From positions 15,021 to 79,020 of the forward strand of contig VBBP01000055.1 of the NCBI GenBank assembly GCA_005884195.1: a DNA stretch of 64,000 bases, written 5' to 3'. The translations under genes were made by a program, and so were the position numbers. This DNA comes from Candidatus Bathyarchaeota archaeon (GTDB lineage: Archaea > Thermoproteota > Bathyarchaeia > 40CM-2-53-6). Position 1 is the stretch's first letter; each line of letters opens with the position of its first letter. Shown here one piece after another: positions 57,909-64,000 of the stretch. Below the pieces are notes generated by a model that was not told where the DNA came from, did not search any database, and saw only the letters and a list, made by a program, of their open reading frames with translations.

Positions 57909-59332
57909 TGAGAAAACTAGGAATTACCACGATCGCGTCATTTGCGGTGAACGTAATCTTGAGCCTCTGGCTGGTAAACCAGTACTACTACGATGCATAT
58001 TTCCACTCCTACGTCGACGCCACTCTTGGACCCGTCTATCCGTTCATAGTCCTAACAGCAGGGCTAGGCGGGGGCTCAAGCCTCGGATACCTTCTCTTGA
58101 AAAGAAGACATACTGGAGACGGGACAGGAAAACTAGACAAGGCTAAACTGTTCAAGTCAAGCGGACCTGTCCAATCCCCTGGAAGCCTCTCCTCCTCTTC
58201 CCAAGGCAAGATCATGCCTACAGGACCTCCCCCAGGCCAAGTTTCTCGTCACACAGCATACGCAGTTCCGCCTCTGCCAAAGAGCTCAACTCCTTCAAGT
58301 GGCGGAGCACGTGGGACCGGTCCCTCCTCGCTATCCGTTACTTCGAAGACCCTTACTCCTTCCCCTTCAACCTCTCAGAGGCTAGAGCAGCTGACTCAAC
58401 CTTCAACCTCGATCTTGAACTCAACGCTCAGAGACCAATTTAGACCGGAGCAAGCCTCTAGGCCATCGCCCCCGCTTCCTCCGTCACCAATGTTGGGTCG
58501 CGGCGATAACACGCAGTCAATAAACAGAATTCCACCCGAACCTTCACGGATGAGTATTCCATCACAGTGGAAGCCGGAACCCGGGCAGTCAGGTCAGCGC
58601 GGTCCTGACTCGACCGTTTTTCCGAGGCCAGGTCAAATAGACGTGAAACAGGCGCCGGAATCTCCCGGCTTCGGTGGTCCGGTTGGCCAGGTTCCAAAAC
58701 CCCCTCAGGCATCTCAGACCCCGTTCCCGGTTTCGAAGTGGGTGTCTCCTGAGCAGAGAGCAGGCGGGCAGTGGACTGATCCGGTTCCAAAGCCCGGGCT
58801 CGCGACCCCTCAGAAGTGGGGTCCTCCACCAGGTCAGGGCGTCGGGCCTCGTCCTCCTCAAGGGGTCCCGCCACGACCGGGTCCCGGTCAAGTTCCAGGA
58901 CCTGCTGGTCAGCGCCCGCCTTTTCCACCGGCGCAAGGTGGTCCGCGCCCTCTTGGTTATCCAAACCCGGGCCGACCTGGACAGCCAGGGCCTGTCGGAG
59001 TCTCTCCGCCTTTCAGGCCTGATCAAACTCGTCCCATAGGGCCACCTCCGCCGGGGAGACCAGTCCAGTCTCCTGGCGGGCCATTCTCTCAACCTTGGAG
59101 TCCGCCGAAGGCTGCTGAGAAGGGAGAATCAGGAGGTGCTTCTCAGGGCAAGGATGTCACAACCTCTCCACCTCTTCGACCATCTCAGTTCGGAGCGTCA
59201 GAAAGCTCGCGGCCAACGGACGAAAAGACTGTTGAGCCGAGCTCTCCCGGTGGGGAGATGGATTGGGACACCGCGCTCGATACGATATTGAAGACGCTGA
59301 AGAAAGATCGGGGAGTAGGAGAGAGGACCTAG
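57905..59332 (+). CDS. membrane-anchored protein with a ~400-aa Pro/Gly/Gln/Ser-rich low-complexity region
   Basis: Two N-terminal TM helices, then PPG/PGQ/PRP repeats (GPRPPQGVPPRPGPGQVPGPAGQRPPFPP...). Confidence 0.6.
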   Translation: MMRKLGITTIASFAVNVILSLWLVNQYYYDAYFHSYVDATLGPVYPFIVLTAGLGGGSSLGYLLLKRRHTGDGTGKLDKAKLFKSSGPVQSPGSLSSSSQGKIMPTGPPPGQVSRHTAYAVPPLPKSSTPSSGGARGTGPSSLSVTSKTLTPSPSTSQRLEQLTQPSTSILNSTLRDQFRPEQASRPSPPLPPSPMLGRGDNTQSINRIPPEPSRMSIPSQWKPEPGQSGQRGPDSTVFPRPGQIDVKQAPESPGFGGPVGQVPKPPQASQTPFPVSKWVSPEQRAGGQWTDPVPKPGLATPQKWGPPPGQGVGPRPPQGVPPRPGPGQVPGPAGQRPPFPPAQGGPRPLGYPNPGRPGQPGPVGVSPPFRPDQTRPIGPPPPGRPVQSPGGPFSQPWSPPKAAEKGESGGASQGKDVTTSPPLRPSQFGASESSRPTDEKTVEPSSPGGEMDWDTALDTILKTLKKDRGVGERT

Positions 59333-59408
59333 AGACGTTGAGGAGAGTCTGGAAGTTACAACAAGGCTTTGTCTATTCGAACGTAGGAGTATTCGACTCT
59401 CCGCGAGC

Positions 59409-60569
59409 GTGGGAAGTGTCTATTTGAGACGACTACTGATCAAGCTCGTAGCCATCGAAACAGCACTAGTTGGGTGGCTCTCCTATTGGATCTTTCTGGT
59501 CTACGCGAACAATCCTTCCGTAAGCGCGGGGCTAAGCGACCAACTCACAAGATTTCCCCAGCTCGCCTTCACCACCGTCGACATCGCGGTCATGGTAATT
59601 ATCGCAGCATTCGCGATTACCCTCGCCTTCAAGTTCCACCGCGGCCTTCGACCGGGTATCCGATTGGAGAGAGCTTTGCAGATGCTAGAGAACTTGATGA
59701 AGAGGAACCTCGTTCTCGAGGCGCAAGTAGCAGAGCTGAGGGTGGAGAAGGTGGAGAAAATCCGTCCAAGTCCATCACCATTGTCGTCGAGCATCTCGGT
59801 TCCAGGTCTTCCAGGGCCAAGCTTCTCAGCTGCTATGGCTTCATCGCCTAGTGAGCCGCGTCCGGGGTCATGGGAGAAGGCTTTCAGAACTCCGCTCGAG
59901 GCAGGTCCGCCTATGCCGAAGATTCGGAAATCAGGTGTCTCCGATGCTCCCTTTCAGAACGAAACGGGTCTTCCGCCGCCTAGAATAGAAGCGAAGCCTC
60001 TGCCGTCTGTTTCAGCAAACCCGCCTTTGATCATTTCCGAGAAATCGCCGGTGGCAGTTTCGGATGTTGACGATAAGTTCTCGGAGAGACCAATGGTTGT
60101 TTCCTCCGCTTCCGCCTGGGAGGACAGTCCCAAGTACGTTGGAGAGTCTACCGGTGTTCTTACACCTTCACCTATTCCGAAGAAGGTGGCTCGCTTTACT
60201 TCTGACTCTGGTGGGCTTAAGCAGCCCTACATTCCGGTTCCTGCTCCACGAATGCCTCCTCCAAGCGTGATTGTTGGTCCGATGAATCAGAAGCCCTCTT
60301 CTACAGGCAGGCAGGCGCCTCGTCCGATTGTTCATCCAACGTTTCCGAGCAAGCCATCGATCAAAGAACCACCTCCGGCTTTTAGTGTTCCAGAGTCGAA
60401 GCCGGCTACTGCGCCGATCATCATCGACAAGCCTGAGTCTCGCGCTATTGACCTGAAATCCTCCGAAAACACTACCGCTCTTGTCTCGCTAAGCGAGGGG
60501 ACCCAGGAGAAACCGCCTGACAAGCCAGCTGAAGGCTACAAGAAAAAACCCGCTCGCGAAGAAGACTAA
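59409..60569 (+). CDS. membrane-anchored coiled-coil protein with a Pro/Ser-rich disordered tail
   Basis: Two TM helices, a heptad region (LQMLENLMKRNLVLEAQVAELRVEKVEK), then a P/S-rich low-complexity region. Confidence 0.6.
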   Translation: MGSVYLRRLLIKLVAIETALVGWLSYWIFLVYANNPSVSAGLSDQLTRFPQLAFTTVDIAVMVIIAAFAITLAFKFHRGLRPGIRLERALQMLENLMKRNLVLEAQVAELRVEKVEKIRPSPSPLSSSISVPGLPGPSFSAAMASSPSEPRPGSWEKAFRTPLEAGPPMPKIRKSGVSDAPFQNETGLPPPRIEAKPLPSVSANPPLIISEKSPVAVSDVDDKFSERPMVVSSASAWEDSPKYVGESTGVLTPSPIPKKVARFTSDSGGLKQPYIPVPAPRMPPPSVIVGPMNQKPSSTGRQAPRPIVHPTFPSKPSIKEPPPAFSVPESKPATAPIIIDKPESRAIDLKSSENTTALVSLSEGTQEKPPDKPAEGYKKKPAREED

Positions 60570-61191
60570 ACGAATTCTCTAAACGCTTTCTGTACGGAAC
60601 CATCTGAGGCCTATCTTTCGCAGGGGAGCGGAAGGACCTCACTCATGCGACGCGAGGTCGAGTCGCTAAGACCCCCTTATTTCTAAAACACTCACCGTCA
60701 GGCACTGATAATAGCCGAGTTCGGCTGATCAGGGCGCAATCCTGGCTGGAATGGCTCGGCGAAAAACGCGATTAGCCCGGCGAATCTAGCGGTGATCTTG
60801 CACTAACCTCCCTGATTCAAGATCAGGGCTGATTATGGGCGATTTCTCGACCGAGAGGTCTCCCTTCAACCACTCTTGCATCGCGAGATGCTCTGCGCGA
60901 TACCCCCCTCCTTTTCTAGAGAAAAATTTCCTGTCTGGCGATGATAACGGGCGAGTCCCGTTATTCAGGGCACGGTCCAGGCTTGGACGGCACTGCAAAA
61001 AGACAGGAAATCTAGAAAGATTCCCGAACGATTCCAGGGCAGTGTAGAGAAGGAGTCCCAGAATCGAGATCAGGGTTCAAAATGTTCGATTTATCGACTT
61101 CGCTAAAGACTCGTGGGACGCAATCTTTCGTCTTGCACTAAGGGTTATTTTCTGATCTGCTCTTGCCACCGTACCTAGTGGGGAATTCCTC

Positions 61192-61392
61192 GTGATTCGT
61201 TGCCCAACGTGCGGAAATGATGTTGTGTATTCTCCAATTCCTTCTCTGTACTTCTGTCTGGAACAAATGCTAGGCGAGAATATTACTATCCGCGTGGAGT
61301 GCAAGCCTTGGATACCAGAGGACGCACCGGCCGCAGACTTGCTCAAAATGACTGAAAGAATCGAGAAATTAGCACTAGAACTTAGACTCTAA
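61192..61392 (+). CDS. possible small CxxC protein (low confidence)
   Basis: GTG-start ORF beginning MIRCPTCGNDV, inside an otherwise ORF-poor 1-kb region. Confidence 0.2.
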   Translation: MIRCPTCGNDVVYSPIPSLYFCLEQMLGENITIRVECKPWIPEDAPAADLLKMTERIEKLALELRL

Positions 61393-61590
61393 ATGGGCTT
61401 CGCATTTGAGCGAGCTCGCCGCCGTTCTACACACAAATATTCTCACTCCAACATTTCGACCGCAAAGGTAAGAATCAGCCAGAACTGGCCAGGCGATCGA
61501 GAGAATTGATCTCTGAGTGGATGAATTACTAACCTTAATCTCGGGAAAGGAACGAACCGGTTCCCCAACACAACGGGATAGAATGACAGT

Positions 61591-63054
61591 ATGACTACGA
61601 TGGGACTGCAACGACCGACTGGCAACCGCCGAGTAGCCGTTCTCCCGTTGGCCAACATGAGTTCAGATGCCAGAGACGAGATCTTCTCCGACGGCATGAC
61701 CGAGGAGCTGATCTCTGCGCTCTCGAAGATTGCGGGTCTGAGAGTCATAGCACGAACTTCTGTGATGAGGTACAAGAACTCCAAGAAATCCATCGGTGAG
61801 ATCAGCAAAGAACTCAACGTCTCAGCCATACTCGAGGGAAGCGTAAGAAGAGCCGGAAACAAGATCAGAATCACAGTTCAGCTAGCGGACCCGAAAACAG
61901 AAGAACAACTATGGACTGAGAAATACGATAGGGATCTGGAAGATATTTTCGCTGTCCAGAGCGAGATCGCTCAGAAGGTAGCAGGCGAGCTAGAGATCCA
62001 GATCAACAAGAGCGAGAAACTCAACCTCGACAAGAAAGCAACAGATAGCAAAGAGGCGTATACCCTCTACCTCGAAGGCCGCCACTTCCTAAACATAAGA
62101 ACAGAGGATGGGCTGAAGAGGGCCATTGAACTCTTTGAAAGAGCGCTAGCAAAGGATCCCCAATACGCATTAGCCTACACGGGTGTCGCCGATTCCTACG
62201 CCGTGCTTGCCCTGCTAGAATTTCTACCGCCGAAAGAGGCTTTTCCAAAGGCAAGGACCGCTGCCGAGAAAGCGCTCGAAATCGACAACAGACTCGCCGA
62301 AGCACACACATCACTGGGAGCCGTAAGGTTCCAATATGACTGGGACTGGGAGAATGCCGAGAAAGAGTTCAAGCGAGCCATCGAGCTCAGCCCCAACTAT
62401 GCACCCGCCCACCAGTTCTACGCCGACTTCTTGAAATCTCAAGGACGATTCGACGAGGCTTTAGCAGAAATGAGCTATGCGGAGGCACTTGACCCTCTTT
62501 CTCTCGCAATCAATACCGGGGTCGGGCATGTTCTGTACTTGAGTAGGCAATACGACCGAGCAATTGATCAATACCAGAAGGCGATAAAGCTGAATCCTGA
62601 ATTCGTCCAGGCACGCCTTTGGTTCGGCAGACCCTACTTGCAGAAACGAATGTACAAGGAAGCAATTGCTGAACTGAACCACGCCGTGGCCCTATCAGGC
62701 GGTAGCACGATCTCACTTGCAATGCTGGGTCATGCGTACGCGGCCGCAGGAAACAAGAAGGAGGCTGAGAAGATCAGCGAAAAACTCATGGAGAGGTCCA
62801 AGCACCAGTACGTCCCATCTTATTGGATCGCAATGTTGCGGATCGGCTTTGGAGACAAAGATGAGTCATTCACTTGGCTTGAAAGAGCCTTCCAAGAACG
62901 ATCTAGCTGGTTGGCATGGGCTGGAGTTGAACCGAGATTCGACGCCTTACGATCTGATCCGAGATTCGCATCGTTAATGGCCAAGATGAAGCTCAAACCA
63001 CCGAAGGATACGGCACTAGGCATTCGCGGATGGCTTAAAGGCCCGAGCAAATAG
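61591..63054 (+). CDS. TPR-repeat protein with an N-terminal TolB-N-like (bacterial type) domain
   Basis: VAVLPLANMSSDARDEIFSDGMTEELISALSKIAGLRVIARTS ... LEGSVRRAGNKIRITVQLAD, followed by several TPR repeats. Confidence 0.72.
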   Translation: MTTMGLQRPTGNRRVAVLPLANMSSDARDEIFSDGMTEELISALSKIAGLRVIARTSVMRYKNSKKSIGEISKELNVSAILEGSVRRAGNKIRITVQLADPKTEEQLWTEKYDRDLEDIFAVQSEIAQKVAGELEIQINKSEKLNLDKKATDSKEAYTLYLEGRHFLNIRTEDGLKRAIELFERALAKDPQYALAYTGVADSYAVLALLEFLPPKEAFPKARTAAEKALEIDNRLAEAHTSLGAVRFQYDWDWENAEKEFKRAIELSPNYAPAHQFYADFLKSQGRFDEALAEMSYAEALDPLSLAINTGVGHVLYLSRQYDRAIDQYQKAIKLNPEFVQARLWFGRPYLQKRMYKEAIAELNHAVALSGGSTISLAMLGHAYAAAGNKKEAEKISEKLMERSKHQYVPSYWIAMLRIGFGDKDESFTWLERAFQERSSWLAWAGVEPRFDALRSDPRFASLMAKMKLKPPKDTALGIRGWLKGPSK

Positions 63055-63183
63055 TCCTCACTCGTGGAAAGCACACTTCAGATCCTTTGCTTTCATCCCT
63101 CGATTCGGACTATCAGAGGTAGATCGAGAAGATTGTCGGGGAACGTTTAGATACGCTCTCCCGCCTTCTAGACTTGTCTCTGA

Positions 63184-63822
63184 ATGCCTGAGCTTGATGA
63201 CGTAGATGCCAGAATACTAGGGATTCTTGTTGAGGACGGGCGTAGGTCTTTTCGTGAAGTCGCGCGTCGCGCGGGCATAACAACCCCGACGGTTCAAGCC
63301 AGAGTCAAACGAATGATGGACGAGGGTCTCATCCGAAAAATATCTCCTGTCTTCGATGTCTCCAAATTCAAGCAAGGATTAGTCTTCCATCTCTACCTTC
63401 GAGTAAACCCTGCCGAGATCGAGAACATCGCTGACAAGCTTGAGAAAAACCCTGAGGTGCGCGGAATCTATCTTACCACGGGAGAAAACAACCTGACCCT
63501 CCGAGTCGCGGTAGAGAGTCTAGAGCAATTACAGCGGTTTACCGAAACGCTGAGTAACGATTTCGGAGTCAGGCAGAACTCAAGCCAGATGATCGTGAAG
63601 ATCTTCAAAGACGATCAACCCGTTCTGATTCGGCCAGGGACGGGGGTTGAACTCAAGTGCGAAACCTGCAACGGACCGATCTCGGGAAAACCTTTCGTGT
63701 TGAAAGTCGCGGGACGCGAGAGATTCTTCTGCTGCCAAACGTGTCTGGGAAAGTTTCGGGAGACCTACGAGCCCAAGCTAAAGGGGCTCGCGATAGCCAT
63801 CGAGTCTCCTAGCCCTCGTTAG
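63184..63822 (+). CDS. Lrp/AsnC-family regulator fused to a C-terminal TRASH metal-binding domain (CopR-like)
   Basis: HTH, a RAM domain, then CETCNGPI ... FFCCQTC, a TRASH-type cysteine pattern. Confidence 0.72.
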   Translation: MPELDDVDARILGILVEDGRRSFREVARRAGITTPTVQARVKRMMDEGLIRKISPVFDVSKFKQGLVFHLYLRVNPAEIENIADKLEKNPEVRGIYLTTGENNLTLRVAVESLEQLQRFTETLSNDFGVRQNSSQMIVKIFKDDQPVLIRPGTGVELKCETCNGPISGKPFVLKVAGRERFFCCQTCLGKFRETYEPKLKGLAIAIESPSPR

Positions 63823-63900
63823 CATAACGCGAGCTCGAACCACCTAGCTTTACATTTGTAAAGCCCAGCAGTTTAGAGCCGCTTCACGGCTTAGCAGGGT

Positions 63901-64000
63901 ATGGCGAAAGACCCCATCTGTGGCATGTATGTGGAGGAGGGCGAACACGCGCTCCAGACCACACGCTACGGGACGACATACTATTTCTGTAGCGAGACCT
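63901..64000 (+). CDS. TRASH/YHS-domain protein N-terminus (copper chaperone or P-type ATPase N-terminal domain), 3'-truncated by the window
   Basis: MAKDPICGMYVEEGEHALQTTRYGTTYYFCSE. Confidence 0.55.
   Translation, partial: MAKDPICGMYVEEGEHALQTTRYGTTYYFCSET

Noticed and set aside
207-62722. Numerous 60-130 aa ORFs antisense to or embedded in the large conserved genes (for example 98..331, 1548..1919, 6834..7190, 17436..17759, 58458..59092)
   Set aside because: They overlap well-supported genes, are Arg/Ser/Pro-rich as expected for GC-rich antisense frames, and carry no recognisable motifs.
1-64000. CRISPR arrays, tRNA/rRNA genes, integrases or transposases
   Set aside because: No regularly spaced short direct repeats, no tRNA-like cloverleaf candidates in the intergenic regions inspected, and no integrase, transposase or Cas-like ORFs. 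The direct repeat pair at 34.8/37.9 kb is too diverged and too long to be att sites, and no recombinase lies between.

Overview
This is a gene-dense archaeal chromosomal segment of roughly 55% GC with short overlapping gene junctions. gatD and gatE, a DKFP-type shikimate pathway, cofC/cofD, Lrp-family regulators, radA, nucS and an Sm protein mark it as archaeal, not bacterial. The dominant block is a 16-gene aromatic amino-acid supraoperon on the minus strand (8007..19540) that runs from aspartate kinase to trpA. The rest is housekeeping (glmS, purA, pyrG, pyrC, trmI, etfBA/fixCX, a transketolase/rpe/transaldolase operon) plus several accessory-looking patches. The patches worth a second look are: (i) a tatA-tatC-arsR-membrane-Tat-substrate-DUF4331 locus at 26414..30840; (ii) two divergent copies of a ~315-nt non-coding element flanking a small gene set at 34781..38246; (iii) a second two-copy intergenic element at 20330..20432 and 50650..50752; (iv) a three-gene cluster of membrane proteins with long Pro/Gly/Gln-rich tails at 57561..60569, followed by a 1-kb ORF-free region; (v) a recurring start-codon anomaly. 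Conserved N-termini of trpE, aroA, tatC, etfB, pyrC and an ArsR-like gene are encoded with no in-frame ATG/GTG/TTG, and a CTG sits where homologues have their initiator Met. gatE, the transaldolase and one small ORF begin in frame immediately after the stop of the upstream gene with no canonical start at all. No CRISPR array, rRNA, tRNA, integrase or transposase was found. The '+' ORF calls overlapping the repeat copies and most short antisense ORFs are judged spurious.
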